A DNA stretch of 64,000 nucleotides from Octopus sinensis (Eukaryota). Below, in pieces: positions 51,397 to 64,000 of the stretch; the stretch's first letter is position 1; each line of letters starts with the position of its first letter. The translations under genes and the position numbers were made by a program. The stretch lies in NCBI RefSeq assembly GCF_006345805.1, contig NW_021831994.1, positions 1-64,000 on the forward strand, in the 5' to 3' direction. Under the pieces are notes generated by a model. The model was not told the DNA's origin and made no database searches. It saw only the letters and a program-made list of their open reading frames with translations.

Positions 51397-51673
51397 GAGA
51401 AATGAGCGGTGGTGGAGCGATAGAGTGGTTGTATACTGTCAACATAACGTGACAGTCCCGTATGGGCTGATGACGGTTTAAGACCCAGAAACATGCATGT
51501 CCTCAGGTGTGAATCTTGGCTGGTGTGGGTGCTTGTCCCCCCCCCTCACAAATATAAGAGCACAGGAAATGTGTCAAAGCCGACAGGAAGCGTCGATGCT
51601 TCCTAGGGCTAAACAGCGGTGGTGTAATTCCCATACGGGACTGTCACGTTATGTTGACAGTATACAACCACTC
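51397..51673 (+). mobile_element. Penelope-like element with perfect 44-bp inverted repeats (51423-51466 / 51630-51673) enclosing a hammerhead
   Basis: gagtggttgtatactgtcaacataacgtgacagtcccgtatggg and its exact reverse complement. The 3' end abuts (CT)n(TA)n. Second copy at 55891-56140. Confidence 0.85.
51463..51505 (+). ncRNA. Putative minimal type I hammerhead ribozyme, GUC site (cleavage after 51501)
   Basis: TGGG-CTGATGA-C-GGTT/TAA/GACC-CA-GAAA-CATGCATG-TC-CTCA. Helix III region ACATGCATGT is a perfect palindrome. Confidence 0.78.
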
Positions 51674-51674
51674 A

Positions 51675-51734
<60 letters not shown>

Positions 51735-52642
51735 ATGTATGTATATATATAAAAGATGCATACACTTGTGTGTTTGTTATAAGAGGTCATTTAGTGCATT
51801 AAAGATTGGTATTTGTAAACAAGTCATTATTACAATAGTTGAACTAATTGATCTAATTGACCTCTCGAATGATCTTAGTAATTACAGATACGCGTGTATG
51901 TGTGTGTGTCAGTGTCTGTGAATAAATGTCTGGGTGTGAATCTATTTTGCAACTGATGAATCCGCCAACCGCTTTGTAAATATTTCCAGCAATCATCTAT
52001 CAATATTATAGAAGCGGACTTAAATTATAAACCTCTGCATATGCATACCCCCATTTGTCTTAACGTAAGTCCTTAGTAGAGTGAACCATACAAGTGTGTG
52101 ACAAAGCTGTACTTATGTATTACCTGTAATACACAAGTAGAATCCATCCAATGTGCTTCTGTACAATTTCTCTCAGCATAATTTCCCATATAAGGTATGG
52201 GTCCAACTGATGCTGTATAAAATTACATTTACCTAAGATGCAAGGCAGAGAAATCGAACCCGAGACATCGTGGTTGTAATGCACATTTTTTTAACCATTC
52301 GGTCATACTGCAACTATCTCTGCAGTACCTGTTTCCAATGTCTGATGCAGAGAGGGGGTAATTGCTCCGAAATGCATGCATCCAACAGTCTGGATAGGAA
52401 GCGTTTTGAAATGGCTTGGCGTATTTACACCTATTTCTCTGCAGTGAGAAATGTTCTCCATGACAAAATACAGTAAATGGCTGTCTCACGGTTTCGAATA
52501 TGCCCCTAAGCATATATGAACTGGTATCGAGTTTGTATTTATACACATCACCGATCAGCGCCGCTACTAATCCGTATATCATATACATATATGCATAATA
52601 TATATAAACATATATATATAATATATATATATATATTATGTT

Positions 52643-52691
<49 letters not shown>

Positions 52692-52719
52692 ATATATATA
52701 TATATATAATTATATATCA

Positions 52720-53352
52720 GCAGCATAATTGAGTTTCAGATGAATTAGGTACTTAAGTTGAGGCACCAAAAATTAGTACGCTATTATCCGTAAATTTCAT
52801 AATAAGGTGAATAAAATCAAAATGCGCAAAAGCATATCCAGAGGTGATGCAGTACGACCGTTTCAGGAGGCTCCATTTAATTGAACTATGCAATTATTAC
52901 ATCACTTTAAATGCAGAGCTATCCTCAGCTGCATAAATACATGAATAGAATTAATTTTAAAAGTCGGACACATTTGTATAATTTTACTTAAATCCTCTAA
53001 GAGGGTAAGAAGACAGACAAAATCCATGCTGTTTCAGCTTAGAAGCTACTAAGACATGAAGAAAAAAAGTGGAATTTCTTAGGGTTCTAGCTGCTCACTG
53101 ATTTGGAGGGGGGCGGTTTTGATTTATAGACTTGTTTATCAAATCTTTGTATTTCACATTCTAAGACAATAGAGCAGTGTCTGTTAGGAAAGGGCATGAA
53201 GGAGATGACAGAATCAAAGTGGGTATAGTCATAAAACGTGTCAAGAATATTTTGAACTAGTATAAAGTAACTGGCTACAATGAGATTTGTTAAAGGAAGA
53301 TCTTAAATCAAGATGCTAATTACCAGTAATTAACATCTTGTTAACTGGTAAT
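52720..53352 (-). mobile_element. Longer copy of the 24098 Penelope-like family, abutting (TA)n
   Basis: 52725-52925 is the reverse complement of 24287-24488 and continues colinear with 24199-24280. A small inversion (ttaccagt..actggtaa) lies at the distal end. Confidence 0.7.
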
Positions 53353-53364
53353 TAACATATTGTT

Positions 53365-53647
53365 TTCTTTCAGTCATTTGACTGCGGCCATGCTGCAGTA
53401 CCACTCTACTCGAACAAATCGACGCCAGGACTTATTCTTTGTAAGACCAGTACTTATTCTATCTTTTTCTTTTGCCGAACCGCTAAGTTACCGGGATGTA
53501 AACACGCCAACATCGGTTGTCAAGCGATGGTGGGAGACAACAGACACACGCACACACACATATGAATATGTGCCATGCAGAGGAACTGAAGCCAGAATCA
53601 TGTGGTTGGTAAGCGAGCTATTTACAATACACCCACTCCTGCGCCTA
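53365..53647 (-). mobile_element. Internally deleted family B SINE
   Basis: tttcagtcatttgactgcggccatgctg...cactcctgcgccta. Confidence 0.88.
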
Positions 53648-53685
53648 TATAAGTATGTGTGTATGTAAGTATATGTATGTATATT

Positions 53686-54080
53686 ACTCTTTTACTCTTT
53701 TACTCTTTTACTTGTTTCAGTCATTTGACTGCGGCCATGCTGGAGCACCGCCTTTAATCGAGCAATTCGATCCCGGGACTTATTCTTTTGTAAGCCCAGT
53801 ACTTACTCTATCGGTCTCTTTTGCCGAACTGCTAAGTAACGGGGACATAACACACCAGCATCGGTTGTCAGCAATGCTAGGGGGACAAACACACACACAT
53901 ACACTCATATATATATACATATATACGACGGGCTTCTTTCAGTTTCCGTGTACCAAATCCACTCACAAGGCTTTGGTCGGCCCGAGGCTATAGTAGAAGA
54001 CACTTGCCCAAGGTGTCACGCAGTGGGACTGAACCCGGAACCATGTGGTTGGTAAACAAGCTACTTACCACACAGCCACT

Positions 54081-54083
<3 letters not shown>
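53686..54083 (-). mobile_element. Full-length family B SINE
   Basis: (tactcttt)n tail, then cttgtttcagtcatttgac...gacacttgcccaaggtg...ttaccacacagccactcct. Confidence 0.93.
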
Positions 54084-54119
<36 letters not shown>

Positions 54120-55196
54120 TATATTCTGTTGTGTCTGGGAACTCATATAAACAATCTTGCAAACCAAATCCAAAAACGAAATATATAATATATATTATAT
54201 ATTATATCTCTATATATATACATACATATACTTACATTCACACATACTTATATAGGCGTAGGAGTGGCGGCATTGTAAATAGCTCGCTTACCAAACACGT
54301 GATTCTGGGTTATATATATATACTATATATATATATATATATATCCGTATATAGGTTTGCACGTATTATATACGTACAGACTCCCACACACAGCCAAACA
54401 CCATATTGTTTTCGAACAAGAAACAGCAACTACAACAGAGAACGGACCAAAAACTAGAAGGAAAGGAAGATATGATGAATATGTGTGTGTGCGCGTGTGT
54501 ATGTATGTGTGTGTGTATGTGTGTGTGTGTATGTGTGTGTGTGTGTGTGTTCCGTATTTTAGTTTATGTTAATATGGTGTACATTAATGTTATGTTATGT
54601 TGTTTAGTCTGTGTCTCTGACTACTTCATTTCAGGTAATAATTTCCATCTTTTCCAAAAAGAAACATGTCTGATCTGACATTTCTTCCTCTTGAACAACA
54701 ACAAGAATATAAAAACGACAACAACAACAACAACAACAACAAAAACTACTACTACTTCTACTACTATCACTACAACTACAGCAGCAACGACAAGAACATC
54801 AGCGACACAAGCAATATTAAGAGACCTGTTACAGACTTAATACTCCATTCTATGTGATTTGTGACGTTGCTTCACAATATGTTCAAACTGTACACAATAT
54901 ATTTCCTCTCTCAATATATTTCCTCTTTAATATATTCTTATGTTGCACGACACGTGCTTAATCGTACAGGTGATCTGTCGGTGAAAAACATCATGCTTTC
55001 CTGGATGTTGCGAGTTCAAATACAAACTGACCACTGTGCACTTTTTCGTTATTTCCTCAGCCTGGAATTGGTCACACGTCACATTATCGTCGTTAAACGT
55101 GTATGGTTCTGTTTAGAAGGTGGTGGTGATTGAGAAGACCTATGAGCAAACAGACTCCATCTTACCTGTTACTGTCACACCTCTTACTATCACATA

Positions 55197-55403
55197 TTGG
55201 TTTCAAATTTTGGCACAAAGCCAGCAATTTCAGGGCAGTGTGTAAGTCCATTATATTCGACATTAGTATTCAGCTGGTATTATTTTATCTACCCCGAAAG
55301 GACTAAATGCAAAATCGGCCTCGGCGGAATTTGAACACAGACGGACGAAATGCGGACAAGCATTCTGCTAGGCGTACTTAACACTCTGCCAGTTCGTCGC
55401 CTT
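55197..55403 (-). mobile_element. Family A SINE (alternative tail, divergent)
   Basis: ttggtttcaaattttggcacaaagccagcaattt...cctcggcggaatttgaac...gccagttcgtcgcctt. Confidence 0.8.
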
Positions 55404-55528
55404 CTTTAACTATCACGTATTCTATATCCAAAACTGTATTCACTCAAGTCCCTTGAGTGTGAGTACGTGTGTATGTGGGCGTACTTGTGAATGTATGCAG
55501 GTATGTACGCATATATTGTGTATGTATA

Positions 55529-55585
<57 letters not shown>

Positions 55586-55863
55586 TGGAGGCGCAATGGC
55601 CTAGTCGGAAGATCGGGGTTTCGATTCCCAGACCGGGCGTTGTGTGTGTTTATTGAGCGAAAACACCTAAAAGATCCACGAACCTCAGGAAGGGGGTGGT
55701 GATCCCTGCTGTACTCTTTCGCCACATCTTTCTCTCACTCTTTCTTCTCTCACACTCTTTCTTCTTAGCCAGCGGGGTTGCGTCATTCGAAGGCTAAAAC
55801 AATGCGAACGAATTGTGACTAGCGATGTGTAGCAACATCTGATAGCCTGGTCGGTCACGTGAT
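55586..55863 (+). mobile_element. OR-like SINE, family E
   Basis: Head tggaggcgcaatggcctagt..gtttcgattcccagaccgggcg as in 6590, with tail ending ggtcggtcacgtga. Confidence 0.88.
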
Positions 55864-55890
55864 CTTTATTTATGAAAGATAACAAATATG

Positions 55891-56140
55891 TAGAGTGGTT
55901 GTATACTGTCAACCTAACGCGACAGTCCTGTAAGGGAACTTCACCACCGCTGTTTAGCCCTAGGAAGCATCGACGCTTCCTGTCGGCTTTGACACATTTC
56001 CTGTGTCCTTATATATTTACGAAGAGGAGACAAGTACCCCCAACAGCTAGGCCTGCATCTAGAGATAAGCAGGTTTCGGGGTCTTTACCCATCATCTGTC
56101 TAGAGTAGCAGAGGCCTGCAAGCTGAAGATATCTGTCTAG
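55891..56140 (-). mobile_element. Second, more diverged copy of the 51397 hammerhead element
   Basis: Colinear reverse complement of 51467-51673. Minus 56058-56104 reads TCTAGA-CAGATGA-TGGGTAAAGACCCC-GAAA-CCTGCTTA-TC-TCTAGA. Confidence 0.8.
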
Positions 56141-57197
56141 ACTTCGTAAATATATATTTATATTTTCAGTGAAATTTATTCACTGATCACGTCTACTAAA
56201 AAGAATTGAATGAGTCTTCAGTTCAACGTTTAATTGTTCTAATGTATGACTTCTCTTAAAAGCAAAAGTTAACAGACACTCACTCACATTCACACATACA
56301 CGCACCGCACACATATTTTTGATAATGAGACCATAAAGGTCAACAGATGTTGGATACACATTCACGTATTTTAGTACACCAAATAAACTGTAAAAAGCTA
56401 ACAAGGAAATAAAAAATATATAAAAGAATGATAAAACTTGTATATAGTCGTGTATTTAATGAAACATGTGTCTATGTGCGTATCTGTCTATCTATTTTTC
56501 TGTCAACGTATCTATCTATTTATTTCTCTTTCTCATTCTCTCTTTCTCTTTATATATATATATATAGTGTAATAGATAAAATATATACATACATACAAAC
56601 ATATATGTACGTACTTACATCTACATGTATATGTACATGCATATATAAATATATATACGTGTGTACAGGATACCACAAATAGACGTAGAACTCAACGAGA
56701 AACGAAAACGTAAAAACAGCATGGAACGGACCATTCCTTTAACAACGAAAAAATAGAGTACAATACAACTACACAAGGAAAAATCCCCTTCATCAGTCGT
56801 CCCTAGTTCAACTCCAGCGTGTTTCGAAGGTGAGGACAGAACACGTCTCTTCGAACTAATCCTTCCTGCGAAAGAATGAAATAAAATTCCTTTGCAGAGG
56901 GGTAAAAACAAGGAAAAAAAATGTAACAAAAACAGGACGTATATATATATATAGGTGGGCATTCGCAATTTACAAAGGAAAGGCGACGAAATAATGGATT
57001 GCAGATGAATATTAATCACATTTGAAATCCTCGATTGATATGACGCCATTTCGCTTGCCTTGGGGAGCTTCTCTCCCTTGTCAGTCGCTAGATAAGCCCT
57101 TGCATGTGGCTAAGAGCTGCTTTGACTCTTATTTCTAGCAATGCTTGTGCTCTGCCTAGCACCTTCACTCATCTATCTATCAATCTCTCTCTCTATC

Positions 57198-57264
<67 letters not shown>

Positions 57265-57284
57265 ATAAAATACATGTATATATA

Positions 57285-57315
<31 letters not shown>

Positions 57316-57316
57316 A

Positions 57317-57520
57317 AGTTAATCCAAACTGAAAGCACAAAAAAACCACAACGCGAGGGACGTGGAACAAGTATAGTATTATTGGACGCTCAGGAAGAAG
57401 GGAAAGAGGAGGGTTTAACGTTTCGAGCGGAGCTCTTCGTCGGAAACATAGGAGAAGAAAAGATCCAGAGAAGGGAAGACAGAGGAAAAAATCGCCAACG
57501 TTACACACGCGGTCACATTT
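57317..57520 (-). mobile_element. Second copy of the 12505 hammerhead-like element, in (TA)n
   Basis: Colinear with 12505-12695. The motif at 57413-57447 is identical to 12594-12628. Confidence 0.8.
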
Positions 57521-57697
57521 TATATATATATACAGTGAGAGAGAGAGAGAGAGAGAGAGATGAGAGAGACAGACAGACAGACATATATATATATATATAG
57601 TGAGAGACAGACAGACAGGATTATTATATCTGAGACCGACCGACAGACAGACAGAGAGAGAGTGAGAGAATAAGAGAAAGAGAGAGGAAGAGATTGG

Positions 57698-57775
<78 letters not shown>

Positions 57776-58404
57776 TAGGCAGCGGTGTCTTCACGGGAGT
57801 GCACGATCATATCTGATACAGACTACGGTTTGCTTTACCCACTAATTCGTTTTATCGATGAATTAAGCCTAACGTTAGATTTCCTTGTAAGATTAACAGC
57901 GTAGACGTTTTTGAACTCTAAACTAACTCCCAGAATCATGGTGAAGGTAATTCCATTATCTTGCAGTGATACATGAATACTAGACGCGTTGCTCCAATAT
58001 TTTGTTGTGCGTGGTTTGTAAGTAATTTGTAGTCATTCATGATCTACTTACATGCAAGTACGTGTATGCTTTCTGATTATGATTGAACCTGTTTGTACTG
58101 AAGTTTCGTTATTCTTGAAGGAGATACATACCTCCATATAGACGTACATGCATTCATACAAACATACATGCCTATATACAGTCATACGGCTCAAAATTGT
58201 GCTAAAGAAAAACCAAACAAAATTAGAGATATGGGAGGGAACAACTACGTACACGCACACACATACGCACACACATATATATGTGTGTACAGAATGTAAT
58301 TTGAAACAGATGAGAATATCATGAATATTACGTTTTTGGATTTGGTTTGCAAGATTCACAAACGCGGACATGCTAGCACATGAATATGCAGAATACATAC
58401 ATAC

Positions 58405-58638
58405 ATATTTCTTTACTACCCACAAGGGGCTAAACATAGAGGGGACAAATAAGGACAGACAAACGGATTAAGTCGATTACATCGACCCCAGTGCGTAACT
58501 GGTACTTAATTTATCGACCCCGAAAGGATGAAAGGCAAAGTCGACCTCGGCGGAATTTGAACTCAGAACGTAGCGGCGGACGAAATACCGCTTAGCATTT
58601 CGCCCGACGTGCTAACGATTCTGCCAGCTCGCCGCCTT
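58405..58638 (-). mobile_element. Near-intact family A SINE with probable TSD (agaatacatacataca)
   Basis: Nearly identical to 36644-36881. Flanking direct repeat at ~58390 and ~58640. Confidence 0.93.
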
Positions 58639-60168
58639 TAGAATACATACATACAGATGCACACACATACATACATATGTATACACACACATGTATACAT
58701 ACACACATACATACATGCACATATACATGCATAGTACATGCATGCATAGGTACACACACACACACACACACGCACACACTGACCCACACACATGCAAACA
58801 AACAAACAAAAAGGGAACGCTGTGTAAATAACGGACAGAGTGAAAACTATTGAGAAGGTTGCAAGACGCAACGAAAATTTTAGGAAAATATAAATAAGAA
58901 ATAAGTGGAAATTTTACCGGTGAGTGTGTTGAATTACAAGGTACAAAAAGTAAATGCCTCTCCCCAGACAAAAGAATATCTCATGAAAGTGTTTTTTAAT
59001 CCAATATTTATTTTGGTTGAACATACTTTCCCCCTTTTTCAAGCTTCATTTAACCAAATTCTATATGGTCTAGCATCGACTCCCTTCTTTTCTCTTTCGA
59101 TCTTTCTTGATTTAGGTCTGCTGTGGTCTAGACCTCCCTAGGCTAATCGTTACGCTGAACTGCACAGGTATCCCGGCATTGAAAGAATAAATGTAAGGTT
59201 ACACCAGTTGCCAAGAAATAGGCTGGAAGCAAAAACATGAATGCCAAAAGAAAAAGAAAAAGCAAGTAAAAAAAAAAAACTACAAAGCAAATATAGAATT
59301 TATCAAAGTCGACCGAGCTTGCCGTCATTTTGACTACAACGTAATGGCGACTATTAAATTCTACGCTTTATACTTCTTTTTTTCTATATATTTTCATTTC
59401 TCTCTTTACACACCAGCCTCCTTTATATTTTAACGTTTGTATATATTTTTTTCTTATCATGGCTGTCCTTTCATTTTCTTCTATTTTCTTCTATTTTAGT
59501 TCGCACTTCGGTTCCTATTCCTTCTCGATATTTTTCTCCATTTGTATTGCTATCTCGTTTACTTTACATTAAAATTATTTCTCTTCATGTCCACCATCTT
59601 GCTTGTTTGTTTTTTCTTCTTTAACTACTAGTTGCTGTTGTAGTGGTTATTGTTGCGTTGCCGGTGGTGGAGATGGTCTCTTTATTGTTGTAGCTGTTGT
59701 TTTTCTCGTTGTGTTTATGCATATTGTTTGTTTTCATCATCTATCTCCAGCATCTTAATATCTTCCATTCCAACTCCCTGTCGCATTCCGCTATCGCTAT
59801 TTCTCTATCATATATCTTTACCTACATTTGTTTGTAAATTTCTAGCTCTTTCTTTTTTTTTTTAGATATTTCTTAATTGCACATACTGTTAAACCACATA
59901 CATATATCTATTTATTAAGTCACACAAGAACATAGTACTCAAACACAGGCACGAGATTTTATACAGTGTATATAGACATATTTATCTATGTATATGTATC
60001 TCTTTGTACAATGATGTACATAAATAAACACACACACACAGAACACACACATACACACCAATATAATATATCAATATATGTATATATATAACTATTATGT
60101 ATGTACGTATGTACATTTTATATATATATATACATATATATATATATGTGCGTGTGTATATATATATA

Positions 60169-60215
<47 letters not shown>

Positions 60216-60416
60216 ATATATAGATATATATATGCAAAGTCAGAATGAGTTTCTACGTTAAGACAACAGAAACAATAACTGTAATAAGGAGCTCCATACT
60301 AATTTAGGAGAGAATGATAAAATTTATTTATTTTGTGCTGACGATCGCAACGATGCTCCGCTATGTGCGTTACATGACGTGTGTGTGTGCGTGTGTGTGT
60401 GTGTGCGCGTATGTGC

Positions 60417-60447
<31 letters not shown>

Positions 60448-60537
60448 TACGTGTGCGAGTATATATACACATACATTTAAGTATTTAAATATAAATTAGC
60501 TATGCATACACCTGCACATAGATAGCTAGCTAGCTAC

Positions 60538-60614
<77 letters not shown>

Positions 60615-60765
60615 CAGATAGATAGATCATACTGGTATATGAGACCAACTTTATCACAGGCAGCACAATAACCTCTGCTATAGCAACAAGTAGTAAAATA
60701 AAAAAAAGATGGTGAACATGAAAAGAAATAATTTTAATGTAAAGTAAACGATATATATGTGTGTT

Positions 60766-60799
<34 letters not shown>

Positions 60800-60965
60800 C
60801 GTATCGTTGCTATTACGTTAAACTGTCGTATGTCCAAATTTGGCCAAATGCGTTCTTTGCAATATTTATGTTTTCATTTGCTGAAGAAGCAACGTTTTAG
60901 AGACTTCGACACTTTTGCATAATTGCATCGATTTATCTTCAGTACCTTTATATATGTGTGTATAT

Positions 60966-61033
<68 letters not shown>

Positions 61034-61291
61034 ATATATATTTATGTATGTATGTATGTACGTATGTATGCATGTATGTCTATTCCATTTGTTTTTATAT
61101 AAGTATATATAATATAAATAAACACACAAACACACACACACATATATGTATACATATATACACACACACACAGACAAACACCGCACATACACACACACAC
61201 GCACATATACATATCTGTGTTTGTAAGTACAAGCACAGTAACACACACGAATACGCACGCACACAAACATATAAACGCTTACATATATATA

Positions 61292-61992
61292 TATACATAC
61301 ATACATACATACACATACATACATACATACATACACACATACATACATACACACACATACATGCATGCATACATACATACATTCATACATACATACATAC
61401 ATACATAAATACATACATACACACACACATACACACATATACACACACATACATACATACACACATACATACATACAAACATACATACACACACACATAC
61501 ACACACATACATACATAAATACATACACACATACACACACATACACACATACACACACATACATACACACATATACATGCATACATACATACATACACAC
61601 ACACATACATACACAGACATACATACATACACATACAAACATACATACATATATACATACATACATACATACATACACACATACATACATACATACATAC
61701 ATACATACATACATACATACATACATACATACATGCATACATACATGCATACACACACATACACATACATACATACATACATACACACACATACATACAC
61801 ATACATACATACATACATACATACATACATACATACATACATACATACATACATACATACATACATACATGCATACACGCACACATACACAGACATACAT
61901 ACATACATACATACATACACACACATACATACACATACATACATACATACATACATACATACATACATACATACATACGTACATACATACAT
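61292..61992. repeat. ~700-bp imperfect (CATA)n/(CA)n microsatellite
   Basis: Directly visible. It explains the 200-375 aa MYVC/HTYI ORFs. Confidence 0.97.
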
Positions 61993-62620
61993 ATTCATAC
62001 ATATTCTCGTGAAATGTTTTCCTATCTGTGCTTTCTGTTTCTTCTGTTTTTGGCAATTTATTATTACAGACAGGAAAAAAACAACAAATAATCACAACAA
62101 AGAAACGAAGAGAAAAGGAAGGAAACCATCCTTAAACACACACTCACACGCTCAGTATCTGGAACACATCAATCAGTGTATTTAGAAAAGAATGCTTTAG
62201 TTACGTGCTTCCATATATCTTTACGTTGCAAACGTACATTTCTAAGTCTGCTGCTCAATGTATGGGAGCATATGTCTACTTCAATGGACATAAGTAAATC
62301 AGTGTTGGCCCTATTGTGCTGAGATTGATGGTCTCATCTCAAACTCACATCCCCTCTCTCTCTCGTTTCTCCCTCTTTTTCTCCCTCTTCTTTACTCCCT
62401 TTGCTTCATTCGTGCTCCCCTTCACTTACATTTAAGTTTTATTTTGTTGCTTTTTTTTATTTTGCTATTTTTTCCACATCACTTACCTATCTTTCAATCC
62501 ATGCCTGTCTCTGTGTATTCGTATGTTTGTATGTATGTAAATGTATGTATGTATGTATGTATGTATGTATGTATGTTGTATGTATGTATGTATGTATGTA
62601 TGTATGTATGTATGTGTCTG

Positions 62621-62692
<72 letters not shown>

Positions 62693-62982
62693 CCTATCTA
62701 TCTATCTATCTATCTGTCTGATTATCTATATCTCTATAACTATCTGTGTATCTATTTGTCTGTCTGTCTGTTTACTTATCTATGTAAAATAGTTTACATT
62801 TAAACACATGAGAAAACTGCCTTCAACAGGCAGTTTTTACGCGCCAGAAAGAGTAATCAAAACGACCAAAACCAAACTTAAGAGCAATCTTTTACCTTGT
62901 TATTTTTATTTACTTATCTATTTATATTCTACCTTTCTACATATCTTTGCAAATATGTTCCTATCATTCGTCCACGTCTCAA

Positions 62983-63076
<94 letters not shown>

Positions 63077-63093
63077 TTATCTATCTATCTATT

Positions 63094-63182
<89 letters not shown>

Positions 63183-64000
63183 AAGATGTGTATTTCTCTA
63201 TCTAACAGTCTATCTGTCTAGCTAGTGAGTAATCCAATGACTGAAATATGTAAAAAGATAAAAGATATGACGTTACAACACGCAAAAATTCAGCGGAAAC
63301 CACCAACAATTTATATATCTCACATTTATTCGTAATCAAACAACTGTAAAATGTGCTGACATGCCCATCGTTAGTTGTACTGAGTGCTTGCATTTTAAGG
63401 AATTATTTAACATGAATTTTAACCATGAGCTTCTGCACCAACTTGCTATAAAAGCAGATAGTGATATTGCCTTGTACTTATTCTTAGAGCAAGTTTTAAC
63501 AGTTATTTTTGGAAAGCTATAATGGAAGTGACAAAGGGGTATATGCGGCGTATTTTGCTTTATTAATTCCATAAAGGCATCAATGCACCGGAAAGTGCAA
63601 GGAATATTAATGCAGTTTATGGGGATCGAACAATAAACGTAAGCCAGTGTTAACGGTTGTTTCAGAAAATGCAAGCCGGAAAGGTATCGATACCTTATGA
63701 CAAAGGCAAGGAATTCTGTCTTCTCTGCAATTCTGAGCTATTTTTCATTATTTTTTCTAAAAATACTCTAGTAAAAACGGTTATAGAGCGAGCATACAGA
63801 TGTAAGCATTGGCAAAAACACACATTTAGTGCATATAAGTAGTCTCTATCATTATATATAATTTAAACTTTAATTTCCTTTATATTTAACATTCACTATT
63901 GGTATCCCTACTTTTTCTGTTAGCTACTGATGACGTTATATCTTATACCGTTTTTTTAAACAATATTAATAGCGTTCTGTCAATCGCTATACAAATCCAT

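Noticed and set aside
51423-51673. DNA-transposon MITE
   Set aside because: No TSD is evident, and the sister copy at 55891 lacks the second inverted repeat and extends beyond it. An internal hammerhead points to a Penelope-like origin.
56664-56940. Hammerhead in a TA-bounded repeat (minus-strand CTGATGA near 56790 and GAAACACG near 56820)
   Set aside because: GAAA lies 5' of CTGATGA and no consistent helix I/III pairing could be built. It is probably a repeat, but the ribozyme call is unsupported.
60958-62185. Long overlapping ORFs (up to 375 aa)
   Set aside because: These are stop-free translations of (CATA)n/(CA)n microsatellite on both strands.

Overview
This is AT-rich, microsatellite-saturated, non-coding animal DNA. 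From memory of the SINE families it is most likely an octopus/coleoid cephalopod (inference, not a database result). No intact protein-coding gene is evident, and almost all listed ORFs are translations of (TA)n, (TAA)n, (GATA)n, (CATA)n or (GAT)n. Recognisable content: (1) a 36-bp hairpin-forming minisatellite at the window start; (2) several tRNA-derived SINE families in more than 30 copies, some with target-site duplications and nested insertions; (3) six 3' fragments of RLE-type (R4/Dong-like) non-LTR retrotransposons, mostly in or beside (TAA)n/(TGA)n tracts; (4) a non-autonomous Helitron; (5) a tRNA-Glu-like remnant; (6) a ~500-bp inverted duplication. The most notable signal is a dense, multi-family set of short Penelope-like (PLE) elements at (TA)n/(CT)n tracts. 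Many have an 'inverted repeat plus one-sided tail' architecture, and about a dozen carry minimal type I hammerhead-ribozyme motifs with palindromic helix III. Three motifs have canonical CUGANGA/GAAA/UH cores (42045-42126, 45022-45111, 51463-51505), and one element retains a GIY-YIG endonuclease C-terminus. Coordinates were read by eye and may be off by a few bases.
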